DNA of 64,000 bases from Candidatus Collierbacteria bacterium UBA2277. Lineage in GTDB: Bacteria; Patescibacteriota; Microgenomatia; UBA1400; MFAQ01. Position numbers and translations under genes: made by a program. The stretch spans positions 291,844 through 355,843 of the forward strand of contig DDWV01000001.1 of assembly GCA_002347045.1 (NCBI GenBank), written 5' to 3'. The notes below the pieces were generated by a model. That model was not told the DNA's origin. It made no database searches and saw only the letters and a list, made by a program, of their open reading frames with translations. Positions 8,435 to 18,051 of the stretch are shown here, piece by piece. Position 1 is the first letter of the stretch, and every line of letters begins with the position of its first letter.

Positions 8435-10588
8435 TTATTTTTTAACTTTCTCCTTAAAGTTTATGTAAGCTAGACCCCCGATACAGATAACAAAAGAGAT
8501 TATTGAGACTGAAATGCCTAAGTATAAGAGTCTTTGAGGCCAATACTCAATTGTTAGCTTTGCAACATACTTGCCATCAGCATATTTGCATGCATCATTA
8601 TTTGTTGCACACAATTCTTTCATGTCAATGTCCCACCCATTGGCATATCCAATTTTCTGTGAGTGTGGAAAGACAACGTTTTGGTGTTTAATTCCAATTG
8701 TTGGAAAGACTTGTGAAATCAAACTTGAGTAGGAGTTGGTATGCATTATCCAATTTTTGCTGAATTTTTCCCTGTATATCACCATTACAGTGCCTTCTGA
8801 CCCACTTATTTGAAGTTCGTATTTTGTTGGATTTATTTTTACATATGTAAGGAATGAGGCGCCTTCAGAGGATATAATATTTGACTGACAATTTTCAATA
8901 ATTTTATAAATTCTAAAATTGTTACCAAAATCTTTAGAGCTAGACACATACTTTGATTTTGATAATACTTTTTCTGCTCTGTCCAACAGTTGTTGATCAT
9001 AATTTGTCGGCAACAAATCTTTTCTAATTACTACATGGGAAATATTGAGGCTTTTTGATAAGTCGCAAATAGTTTCATTTTCGTATATTTGATTTGCCAA
9101 TTTTTCTACAAGGTCTCTTTCACTATCTTTTATAGTCCAGAATGTCGAATTTGGTATGTATTTTTTAAACTCCATAATTTGTCCTAGAAAGTCGATTCCT
9201 TTATGGAAATTAACTTCACGGTTATACTCAGGGTTCAGTCCTCCAATGTCAGGAAGAAGTAAAACCTTTTTCACTCCGTCTTTTGTTAAATAATCATTTG
9301 CCTGATAATAATTCGAAGGTATTTTGAATGGAGTCAGTTTTACACTTTCAACTGTTAAATATATTGCATTAAAGACAGAAAGAGACAAAACAATAGATAG
9401 AAAAATTTCTAGGGTCTTATTTCTGTTTTTCTCTGTAACTGAGTTGATTGTTGAAAATAAAACAAATATGAAAATCCAATACAGCTTACTCGCAGGCCTT
9501 CTGATAATTTGCATGATCGGAACATTCTCATACAAGTAGCTAAACAAATTACCAAGAGGTGAGTTTGGCCCTTTAATAAAAAATACGATCAATAGAATTG
9601 ACACCAACAACCATGAGTTTGCTCGTATTTTTTCTTTTAGATAGACATATAAACTTATTAAAATTATCGTCAACAATAATAATTGAAGCGACTCAATCAT
9701 CAAACTGTTGTTTGTGCCTTCAGGAAACCCAGAAAGGATATTTAAAATGTTTGAATTAGACGTGGCTATCCCGATAGCACTGCCTATTGTTTGCTTAGAT
9801 TGTTCTATTAACTCAGATGCTGATCCCATTGTGACCAAGTAAGGCGCAAGCCACCAAATGTTGGTAATAAATAATGAAACTGATATGGTGAAGAACGTGA
9901 TTACCGCTTGCTTGATAGAAATAATATTTGAGAACAATCTATATGCAATTTGGAGAATCATGAAGGCATAGAAAGTTGCGAGAACGCCGACATTTCCCAA
10001 TGGTGCACATACTCCAAAAAGTAATAACAATAAGATTGTCAAATATTTTAAAAACTCCTTGGGGTCTTTTGTCGATGAAATCTGAATTTTCTCGTAAACA
10101 TACTGGATATATGGGAATAGCGCAGGAAGAATCAAGAATACAAAGTGTCCGGGTTCGTAGTATGTAAAAAAATGTGGCGAAAATCCGTACAACAATGACA
10201 ATAACCAAATTCTCTTTTTTGATGATTTAGTAGATTTTACTTTTTTTGTTAAATAAAAGTTCATACTAAGACAGCTAATAATTGAAATCAAAAATATAAA
10301 AATGTGCGTACGAACTAGCTGACTAATTCCGAGGGTTGATAACAAGTACTCAAATGCCATGTAGGGCAAATTGAGGCTCAAAAGGTTTGCCGCATTATCT
10401 GCATATCCATTGCTGATGTTTGATCGAAAAACAAAAGAGTTGCTTACAATAGAGTTTTTAGGATTTAACACACCAAGAAAATCTCCAGTTGTACTTGCAT
10501 ACTCATACTCTCTAAGCGGTAAAATCTTAACTAAAAGAATAGCAATGAATACAAGTACAAAAGCAAGTTTTATGTTTTTAGTTTTCAT
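8435..10588 (-). CDS. large polytopic membrane protein with C-terminal extracytoplasmic domain and terminal TM anchor; possible GT-C-type glycosyltransferase
   Basis: 717 aa. N-terminal TM, GDFLGV..NP..S..SNS..FRSN..NGYADN motif, about 12 TM segments, then a roughly 330-aa soluble region ending in one TM. Family not identified. Confidence 0.5.
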   Translation of the reverse strand: MKTKNIKLAFVLVFIAILLVKILPLREYEYASTTGDFLGVLNPKNSIVSNSFVFRSNISNGYADNAANLLSLNLPYMAFEYLLSTLGISQLVRTHIFIFLISIISCLSMNFYLTKKVKSTKSSKKRIWLLSLLYGFSPHFFTYYEPGHFVFLILPALFPYIQYVYEKIQISSTKDPKEFLKYLTILLLLLFGVCAPLGNVGVLATFYAFMILQIAYRLFSNIISIKQAVITFFTISVSLFITNIWWLAPYLVTMGSASELIEQSKQTIGSAIGIATSNSNILNILSGFPEGTNNSLMIESLQLLLLTIILISLYVYLKEKIRANSWLLVSILLIVFFIKGPNSPLGNLFSYLYENVPIMQIIRRPASKLYWIFIFVLFSTINSVTEKNRNKTLEIFLSIVLSLSVFNAIYLTVESVKLTPFKIPSNYYQANDYLTKDGVKKVLLLPDIGGLNPEYNREVNFHKGIDFLGQIMEFKKYIPNSTFWTIKDSERDLVEKLANQIYENETICDLSKSLNISHVVIRKDLLPTNYDQQLLDRAEKVLSKSKYVSSSKDFGNNFRIYKIIENCQSNIISSEGASFLTYVKINPTKYELQISGSEGTVMVIYREKFSKNWIMHTNSYSSLISQVFPTIGIKHQNVVFPHSQKIGYANGWDIDMKELCATNNDACKYADGKYVAKLTIEYWPQRLLYLGISVSIISFVICIGGLAYINFKEKVKK

Positions 10589-10639
10589 TGTGATTGATAA
10601 CTCAGAGATGGACTGTTAGTGTGACATCCTAGGAAATTC

Positions 10640-11275
10640 TTAGTTTTTGATTATGGCTGTATTGTAACTTAGGAATTTTTTAGGTATCAACTTCTCCATA
10701 ATAAACTCGTAGACCTTCCAAAAAGATAGAAATTTTTGAGGATAAAAATGAGCTTCAAAGTGTTTAAACTCAGCATGGGGAAAAGTTTTTGTGATGATTT
10801 TTTTGAAATATTTATGTGTAAAGTGGTCGTGACCAAGCATTTTTACCATGTGTGGATAAAACAATGGGTTGTATCGATTACCTTCCACAACTATGATAGT
10901 GCCGCCTGTTTTACACACCCTCTTAACTTCTTTTAAGCCGGCAATATGTTTCGAGAAACTTTGATTTTTCTCATCTATGTGGTGAAGGACGTCATGTAAA
11001 AAAACGTAATCAAATGAAGAGTCTGGAAAAGGAATTTTGTAGATTCCACCCTTTTTATACTTCAACCCGCTAATTTTCTTAATACGATCGTTTTTGTAAA
11101 TATCAATTCCGTAAGTTTTCAATTTATATTCTTTGATAAAAATTTCTGCGTCGCTTCCGTCTCCACAACCAACATCTAAAATTTTTTTGTTTTCTTTAAA
11201 ATTATAGTTTAGCTTAAAAAACAAGTCCGCCTTGTACTGACCATAATTTTTGAGGTATCTTTTGAATTTATTCAT
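10640..11275 (-). CDS. class I SAM-dependent methyltransferase
   Basis: 211 aa. ILDVGCGDGSDA motif and FLHDVLHHI loop. Confidence 0.75.
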   Translation of the reverse strand: MNKFKRYLKNYGQYKADLFFKLNYNFKENKKILDVGCGDGSDAEIFIKEYKLKTYGIDIYKNDRIKKISGLKYKKGGIYKIPFPDSSFDYVFLHDVLHHIDEKNQSFSKHIAGLKEVKRVCKTGGTIIVVEGNRYNPLFYPHMVKMLGHDHFTHKYFKKIITKTFPHAEFKHFEAHFYPQKFLSFWKVYEFIMEKLIPKKFLSYNTAIIKN

Positions 11276-11478
11276 TATTATTTGTATACATAAAAATGTA
11301 TTGTCTTGAATGAGTTGATGGTGTTATGAACGCGATAATGTGAAATAAGAAGCACTTAGGCAATTCGTCAACAAATCGTATTAGTTCAGACCCTGGACAA
11401 AGAAGACTGCAAATGCAGTATCCAGCGTCTTTATATTTATTGTTATATATTTTCATACTTGAAGTAATATCAATGTTA

Positions 11479-12627
11479 TCACCTTAACAAGTCACGAAAA
11501 AGTGAGTTATAAATTGAGTTCCATGAGTATTCCAAACCCAGTTTTATGGAAGAGCTTTGGTATTTTTTATAGTCACTGCCTAAGACTTTTCTTATTGAGT
11601 CGGCAAACGACGATGGATCGTATTTCGCGCATACACCTGCACCTTTTTTAATTATAGTTTTTGAAATAGGTGGAACACCTGTTATAACAACAGGAAGACC
11701 GCAACCTAGATAATCTTTTATCTTTCCAGGGTCGGCATAGTAAGAAAAGTTATTTTTATCGTGGGGGTAATATGGAGCAATACCAACACCACACTTAACC
11801 ATTATTTTCTGAACTCTGTCCATGCTTGAAATTGGACCGTATATTTTAAAATAGCGAGCTAGTTTATTATCCCGAACCTCTTTTCTTAAAGTTTTATACT
11901 CTCCCCCTCCAATTACAATTACTTTAAATTTATCCTTTAATGTCTTTTTTAAGGATTTTACTAGAGGAACAAACAATTCACTTCCCTTGTTCTTGTAAAC
12001 ACCTCCAAAGTAAACAATTTTTCTTCTATCGTGTTTTTCGTGATCTAATCGTGTAAGGTTGTCACTGTTATTTCCATATGGAACTACTTTAAATTCAATT
12101 CTGTCTGAGTCCCAGCAATTGTCAGCTATTCTGCTTTCTATCATCTCTTTGTTAAGTGACCAAACCTCATCGACACCATAACAACAAAATTTGTCAATTG
12201 AATAATAAATTTTGTTAAGTATCTTATTTGAATACCTTGTCGGAGAGTAATCGATTAAATAATAAACGGTTTTTTTTACTAGTCTAATCTTTTTTAAAAA
12301 AATTCCAACAACGCACAAAATGTTTGGGCTTGAAATGAAGATGTCTGATTTTGTAGCGTATTTAATGCCGTATATAAATGAATAGACTATATCTTTTAGG
12401 TAAGATAATATCTCAGGTTTGTAGAATCGTACTCTTGATTCAGCTCTTTTTATGTCTTTACCGTAAACAACTGTTTTGATACCTCCGTTTTTTGAATTTA
12501 TGAACGGGAACTTAATATGGATAATTGTTTTAATCTTGTTTAAGCCTACTAAATACTTAACAAGTTGATCATCAACTCCGGTAGTCCCCTCGCAACTGTG
12601 GACAAAGATTGAGACTTTATTTGTCAT
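11479..12627 (-). CDS. glycosyltransferase family 4 (GT-B, group 1)
   Basis: 382 aa. C-terminal GT4 signature (GGV..NKG, VIVIGGGEY, CGVGIAPY). Confidence 0.7.
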   Translation of the reverse strand: MTNKVSIFVHSCEGTTGVDDQLVKYLVGLNKIKTIIHIKFPFINSKNGGIKTVVYGKDIKRAESRVRFYKPEILSYLKDIVYSFIYGIKYATKSDIFISSPNILCVVGIFLKKIRLVKKTVYYLIDYSPTRYSNKILNKIYYSIDKFCCYGVDEVWSLNKEMIESRIADNCWDSDRIEFKVVPYGNNSDNLTRLDHEKHDRRKIVYFGGVYKNKGSELFVPLVKSLKKTLKDKFKVIVIGGGEYKTLRKEVRDNKLARYFKIYGPISSMDRVQKIMVKCGVGIAPYYPHDKNNFSYYADPGKIKDYLGCGLPVVITGVPPISKTIIKKGAGVCAKYDPSSFADSIRKVLGSDYKKYQSSSIKLGLEYSWNSIYNSLFRDLLR

Positions 12628-13691
12628 TTTGTAATTAGTCCAATATTCTTCTTACCGTATGCAGTTAGCCTTGGTTTGTATCCGATTAGAAATAAAAGTC
12701 TTTGAAATATTATGTCAACAGCTGTATATAGAGTTAGTAAAGGATGAATGAAAGAAACAATTTCAGATGTTTTCAAATACATTTTTATGGAATCAAATAA
12801 TGGAAAAACTACACTTAGCCCGTACAAGACGAATAAGTACTTTTTAACCTTAAAAAAATAATTTTGAGAGACTTCCCTGTTCGCATATCCAGTACCAGGA
12901 ATGTTTGTATAGTGGGTGTTAACTAGCACCCTCCAGTGAATTTTTCTCACGTACTTAACGTAACTATCCGAACTGTTATGAACTACAGGGTCTTTTTTCA
13001 TTAAAATGAATTTTCTGTTAGAAGATATTATTTCCTCAAACAAATTTGGGATTATCATTGGGTCCTTGATCTTATTGCCCAATGTTTTTTTCAAAGATTC
13101 CAGATTAAGCATGTTCCCTGCACACAAATCTATGAGCGGTATGTTTTTGTTGTTTTTGATGCTAATAATCTTATATTTTGAGTGGCTGATACATGTTATA
13201 TACTTTTTGGTAATCTCTTTGAAATAAAACTTATTGTCTGTAGAGATTCCATACATGAAGTATGCGAATGGGTCAGAATAAAGGTTTATGTAGCTGTTCA
13301 CGGAGGAAGCGTGTTTTGGTTTTATGTATCCACTAAAGACAACGAAACCACAATCTGGGTTTTCTTCGATGAAAAGCACCTTGTTTTTTATAGATCTATT
13401 GTTATTAAGAACCTCGTCTGAATCTAAGAAGCAGGCATACTTTCCCTTAGCTTTTAAGAGACCTATGTGTTTTGCATATTCCTGTTGGATTGATGGGTTT
13501 TTTATAATAATTGCATCGTATTTTAAAGAAATCTTTAGCGTATTGTCAGTAGAACCACCATCTATAACTAATATTTCGACCTTTGATTTGGGATAGTCTT
13601 GACTTCGTATAGAGCGCAGCGAAAGCTCTATGGTTTTTTCAGAATTTAATGTAGGCATAATAATGCTAACTATTGGGAGCAACTCTTTCAT
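12624..13691 (-). CDS. glycosyltransferase family 2
   Basis: 355 aa. VSIIMPTLNSE, VIDGGSTDNT and FLDSDEVL (DxD) motifs. ATGA overlap with the downstream GT4. Confidence 0.75.
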   Translation of the reverse strand: MKELLPIVSIIMPTLNSEKTIELSLRSIRSQDYPKSKVEILVIDGGSTDNTLKISLKYDAIIIKNPSIQQEYAKHIGLLKAKGKYACFLDSDEVLNNNRSIKNKVLFIEENPDCGFVVFSGYIKPKHASSVNSYINLYSDPFAYFMYGISTDNKFYFKEITKKYITCISHSKYKIISIKNNKNIPLIDLCAGNMLNLESLKKTLGNKIKDPMIIPNLFEEIISSNRKFILMKKDPVVHNSSDSYVKYVRKIHWRVLVNTHYTNIPGTGYANREVSQNYFFKVKKYLFVLYGLSVVFPLFDSIKMYLKTSEIVSFIHPLLTLYTAVDIIFQRLLFLIGYKPRLTAYGKKNIGLITK

Positions 13692-14767
13692 TGTGATGAT
13701 GCTAGATAGTCGACAATTATTTTGCTTGGAGCGTTTACGCTAGAGATCGGTCTTTTTTTGAATTTTTTATAGTTTTTAAAAAACTCATTAAGGGCTTGCA
13801 TGTTTTTTCCTCCCAGCACAACATTCTTCCCGATTCCCTCAATTCTCTCTGTATACTCTCGTATTATGAATGTTGGTAATCCCAAATAAAATGCCTCCTC
13901 CTGATTACTTCCACCATCAGTGATAAGAAACTTCGCGTTTCTTAAGATTTTCATAAACCCAAAGTACGGCACCCTCTCAAGTAAAATAATATTTTTGTTA
14001 TTAGTCAACGACTTATAAAGGGACTGTTTTTTCAGAGCATGTTCAGTATTTCCATGGAGAATAAATACACACTTTGTCTTGTTCGATTTTGCTATGACAT
14101 TATTTATAATATCTTTTACAAATTTTTTGTCCATTAAGTTTTCCTGCCTGTGCAAAACAAAGATAAAATATTCTTTAGGAAGTTTGTATATTGCACCTTC
14201 TTTCTTATTCAAAGCAAGTAATAAACTTTCAATAGAAGTGTTATTTTCTGTGTCTTTTTTTAACCCTCTTACATTTTTTAAGTTATTTATTGCCCATGAG
14301 TTTGGTGCAAAGTGAACGTCGGAAAGCTTCGAAACCAACACTCTGTTTATTTCCTCTGGAAATGGAGCTAGGTAGCTGAATGACCTTAATCCCGACTCAA
14401 TGTGAATAATTTTGAATCCAAGTATTTTTCCAAGCAATGCACCCATTAAAGTCGAGATTGTATCTCCATGCACAATTAGAACTTTGTTTTTGGTTGCTAT
14501 TTTTTTTAACTTAACTAAACCAAAAAGGAAAGTTTTTACCCACCAGATCAACAAGGAAAAGGCTGTTTTCCTTTGAGGAACAGTATTTAGAGTGTACTTA
14601 ATTTTTTTTAGTTTTATCTCATCAAGAAGATCGATATCACCTATCTTGTTTTGCCCAGTGGAAACAATTTCATAATTTAGACCTCTCTTATCAAGTTCAA
14701 TCATAACTGGAAGCAACTTAATGAACTCAGCTATTGTTCCAATCAAAATGTATAGACTATTGTTCAT
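13688..14767 (-). CDS. UDP-N-acetylglucosamine 2-epimerase-like (Epimerase_2 family)
   Basis: 359 aa. IHIESGLRSFSYLAPFPEEINRVLVSKLSDVHFAP matches the WecB-type HVEAGLRT..PFPEE.NR motif. Confidence 0.6.
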   Translation of the reverse strand: MNNSLYILIGTIAEFIKLLPVMIELDKRGLNYEIVSTGQNKIGDIDLLDEIKLKKIKYTLNTVPQRKTAFSLLIWWVKTFLFGLVKLKKIATKNKVLIVHGDTISTLMGALLGKILGFKIIHIESGLRSFSYLAPFPEEINRVLVSKLSDVHFAPNSWAINNLKNVRGLKKDTENNTSIESLLLALNKKEGAIYKLPKEYFIFVLHRQENLMDKKFVKDIINNVIAKSNKTKCVFILHGNTEHALKKQSLYKSLTNNKNIILLERVPYFGFMKILRNAKFLITDGGSNQEEAFYLGLPTFIIREYTERIEGIGKNVVLGGKNMQALNEFFKNYKKFKKRPISSVNAPSKIIVDYLASSQ

Positions 14768-15589
14768 CTACGAGTATCTAGACTTTAATTTACTATCTCC
14801 TTGCCACAGATCATGGTTTTCGTCATCATAGAAATGAAGAATATATATACGATAGATAATGGCCAAGTAGTCTGCGATGAAGTTCTTTATTGATTTTATT
14901 CCTATGTTGCTTGCAAAGTTGTAGTTAATTTCTACTGGTGATTCGTAGATTTTTTTGAATCCAAGATGGTTGGCAACCGCAAGCATCTCTAAGTCAAAAG
15001 CCCAGCGTTTGACTAATAATCTTGGTAGTACTTTTACCAGGACTTCGCGGCGAAAAACCTTGAGCCCTGTCTGGGTGTCTGAAACATTTAGTCCAAAGAA
15101 AAATCTGGTGGCTCTTTGGACAATAAAACTTAGAATTTTTCTACTCCATGGATATACTACTTTACTAGCCTTATGTCTTTTTGACCCGATGATAATATCT
15201 GCGCCGTACCACTTCATGTGTTCTAGTGCCATACCAATTCCCTTGGCGTGGAGGTCTGAGCCTGCGTCGATAAAGGCGATAATGCCACCTTTGGCTCTGG
15301 CCATACCATAGCGTATTGCATATCCCTTGCCCTTGTTTGGGGAGTAAAAATATACTTTTGTTGATTTGTTTCTTACTTGCTTTGCCAGCTCTCTTGTTTT
15401 GTCTCTTTTGTTTTTTCTGCCGTCAATGACACAGATTATTTCGTAGGGACGGCCGAGAGCCTCTAGATATCTATGAAGTGTGGTGAGATCACGATGTATT
15501 GTTTTGCAGTTGTAGGCAGGAACGATAACAGATAACAAGTTTGGATCTGATTTGGCTACTGTGATTTTTCGTGAGGTTTTTCTTACCAT
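14768..15589 (-). CDS. glycosyltransferase family 2
   Basis: 273 aa. LSVIVPAYNC, VIDGRKN and IDAGSD motifs. Confidence 0.7.
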   Translation of the reverse strand: MVRKTSRKITVAKSDPNLLSVIVPAYNCKTIHRDLTTLHRYLEALGRPYEIICVIDGRKNKRDKTRELAKQVRNKSTKVYFYSPNKGKGYAIRYGMARAKGGIIAFIDAGSDLHAKGIGMALEHMKWYGADIIIGSKRHKASKVVYPWSRKILSFIVQRATRFFFGLNVSDTQTGLKVFRREVLVKVLPRLLVKRWAFDLEMLAVANHLGFKKIYESPVEINYNFASNIGIKSIKNFIADYLAIIYRIYILHFYDDENHDLWQGDSKLKSRYS

Positions 15590-15600
15590 CTATGTTCGAA

Positions 15601-16863
15601 TTATATATGCTTTGCCTTCGGAAGTCTTTGGGAGTATACAAATACCGTGAGAGAGAAAAAGAGAATAAACTGCAAAGCAAAGTTTGCTTTGACAGCACTT
15701 TCGAAAGAGTATCTGAAAAAATAAATGGCTACTGGTTGAAGGATGGTAGCCGTAAGAAGAAAAATGTTTGCCTGTGGTTGGCCGGTAGCCATTAGGTATG
15801 TAAGAATAAACTGACTAAAGGCAAGAAAAGCCATAGAAAAAGCAAAGAAAGAGAGAAGAGGAGAGGCTTCAAGATATGACGCACCTGACAAAAGGGTAAT
15901 TATCGGAACCGGAAAGAAACTAAAAATACTAGCTCCAATAGTTCCAAAAGACAAGATGACAACGCCTAGTTTTACGAAAATTGTCTTGGTGTTTGTATTT
16001 TGGGCGTGTCGATGTGAAGCTATAGGTAGGACTAGCGCAGATAGAGGTGTTAGACCAAAAAGTATCATTCTGCCGAGAATAGAAAGTGACGAGTATATGC
16101 CGGAGATATGCGAGTTGAAAAGGGCGCGAACCATAAGAATATCGGTGGAGATTAGTGATGCTGTCCCTAGGGCAAATATAAAGCTATAGCCAGTAAAGCC
16201 AGCAAGGTTGAATTTTGATTTGTTTTTTTGGATGACCCTGGGAATGATACTCTGACGGATTGATAAAAACAGAATCAGGGAAGAGATAGTGCCGGCGAGT
16301 AACTGACCAAGAACTGCTCCTGTGGCACCCATGCCAAGTTTGATAAAGACAACTGAAAAGAAAATTGTAAGCAAGACCCCCACAAAACCAACAACTGTTT
16401 GAAAGATAAACTTCTGGAAGGCAATGATGTAAGAGTTTATGATGGTTTGGAAAAGAGAGATAAAGACACTAACCCCTAAAATAATAAAGGCCATAGAATG
16501 AGCTTTGAAAAGTCCGGCGAGCGGTCCAGAAAAAAGAATTAGTAGTGATCCGAGAATAATTGTGACTGGACTAATAATTTTTAGAAGATAATAGAAAAAT
16601 TGGTTTACTGAAGTACTGTCCCCTTTTCCTTTGAACTCCGAAACAAATTTGGTGACTACATTGGCGACAGTGCCAGTAGGAATACTAAGAAGGTATAAAA
16701 GACTAAGATAGGAGAGAAACTCACCGTACTCGGAAGGAACAAGGAGTCGAAGAAGAACCAGATGGAATAAGTATCTAGAGAAACTTAAGAAGAAGTTTCC
16801 AAAGTAATAGAAGGCACTAGTGCGAGCAGCGGGAGTAGAAAATGCACGAACAATACGCTTCAT
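15601..16863 (-). CDS. Wzx-like oligosaccharide flippase (polysaccharide biosynthesis protein, MOP superfamily)
   Basis: 420 aa, about 12-14 TM segments, N-terminal region typical of Wzx-like flippases. Confidence 0.6.
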   Translation of the reverse strand: MKRIVRAFSTPAARTSAFYYFGNFFLSFSRYLFHLVLLRLLVPSEYGEFLSYLSLLYLLSIPTGTVANVVTKFVSEFKGKGDSTSVNQFFYYLLKIISPVTIILGSLLILFSGPLAGLFKAHSMAFIILGVSVFISLFQTIINSYIIAFQKFIFQTVVGFVGVLLTIFFSVVFIKLGMGATGAVLGQLLAGTISSLILFLSIRQSIIPRVIQKNKSKFNLAGFTGYSFIFALGTASLISTDILMVRALFNSHISGIYSSLSILGRMILFGLTPLSALVLPIASHRHAQNTNTKTIFVKLGVVILSFGTIGASIFSFFPVPIITLLSGASYLEASPLLSFFAFSMAFLAFSQFILTYLMATGQPQANIFLLTATILQPVAIYFFRYSFESAVKANFALQFILFFSLTVFVYSQRLPKAKHI

Positions 16864-16884
16864 AAAATAAGTGTAGCATCTGAC

Positions 16885-18051
16885 CTAGGCAACAAAATAT
16901 CCACGAGTAAAAAGAGATACTGCAATAAATGCGAAAATTACTGAAACAGCGTAGTACAAGTATCGAAAGTAGGGGTGTCTTTTTTCCATAAATACTGCAA
17001 GGAATCCAAACAGAGGGAAAAGAACAACAACGTATCTTGGCAGGCTGGAAAAGGTCCCGGTGAAGGTTGGGAGAATATATGACAGTAAGCAGTAGATCCA
17101 GTATGAAGGGCGAATCTTCTTAAAGGAAAAAATTAAAATGGCAAGAAAGCCCAGCCCTACAAGAAACTCTAAGAGAACTGTAAAGAAAAGCGGGTCTGTG
17201 TGGTCTACAAAAATAACCATGCGGATATAACGATAGAAAACTTGATGGAGAAGAATGAGTTTGTTTACTACCCTGTTTGATCCAATTTGTGACTGCGTAG
17301 TGATAAAAGTAACAGCACTTCCTGTGTGAAGAAACTGATACCTCATGTATGAAATAAGTCCTAGAGGAGGAAGAGAAAGCCATACAGCTTCTGGTCGAAG
17401 AAGTTTTTTGATTTTTGGACCGTAGGCTAGATAGAACTCAATAATGATTGCTGGCCAGAGGAAAATACCAGTAATCCTTGTAGCTGAAGCAATTGCGGCA
17501 AAAATACCAGCAAAGAGAAAGTTCTTTTTGCGAGCAAAAAAGAAAGCGAGAACCGAGAGTAGTAGAAAGACTGATTCGGTGTATGCTGAGCCAAAGAAAA
17601 AGGCAGTTGGAAAGATAAGTAAAAGTGTTATTGCAGACCTGGCTATCTTTTCTTTGTAGTCTAGGAGATAAATTTTGTATAAGAGTATAAGAGAAAGAAA
17701 AAAGGATAGGTTGCTGACTAGAAGAGCTGCATAGGTATAGTGGTGAACCGCCTCATTGAAGGTACAAATTAGCCAAGGATACACAGGAAAAAAAGCAGAC
17801 ATCAGACTTGTCTTCCCAACTGCTCCATGACCATAGATGGCTAGCGTGATGTAGTGAACACCGTCAAAGTTTGTCCACATTTGAAAAAGATTTCTGCCAA
17901 AATCAGTCTCCGATAAAAAAGTAAATCCTGGGCGAATTGGAAGAACCAGCATAACAGGAAAAACAGCGAGAAAAATTAAAGTTCGCCAAACCAAAAACAT
18001 TTTAAGAAAGTCTTTAACTTTGAGCATTTTTCTGTACTTTTTTATAGACAT
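16885..18051 (-). CDS. GT-C membrane glycosyltransferase, PIG-V/DUF2029-like mannosyltransferase family
   Basis: 388 aa. FDGVHYITLAIYGHGAVGK....FFPVYPWLI motif, shared with 56672-57787. A likely internal start near 18000 would remove the 38-bp overlap with the upstream GT4. Confidence 0.5.
   Translation of the reverse strand: MSIKKYRKMLKVKDFLKMFLVWRTLIFLAVFPVMLVLPIRPGFTFLSETDFGRNLFQMWTNFDGVHYITLAIYGHGAVGKTSLMSAFFPVYPWLICTFNEAVHHYTYAALLVSNLSFFLSLILLYKIYLLDYKEKIARSAITLLLIFPTAFFFGSAYTESVFLLLSVLAFFFARKKNFLFAGIFAAIASATRITGIFLWPAIIIEFYLAYGPKIKKLLRPEAVWLSLPPLGLISYMRYQFLHTGSAVTFITTQSQIGSNRVVNKLILLHQVFYRYIRMVIFVDHTDPLFFTVLLEFLVGLGFLAILIFSFKKIRPSYWIYCLLSYILPTFTGTFSSLPRYVVVLFPLFGFLAVFMEKRHPYFRYLYYAVSVIFAFIAVSLFTRGYFVA

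Noticed and set aside
8435-10588. Assigning the 717-aa membrane protein to the AftD/arabinofuranosyltransferase or YfhO families
   Set aside because: Only the gross architecture is similar. I cannot point to a diagnostic motif, so I leave it as an unclassified GT-C-like membrane protein.
11268-11456. 62-aa ORF with a CICSLLCPG segment in the roughly 200-bp gap between a methyltransferase and a GT4 gene
   Set aside because: It overlaps the start of the methyltransferase, has no start context or motif I recognise, and the region is more plausibly a promoter or intergenic spacer. A real small protein cannot be excluded.
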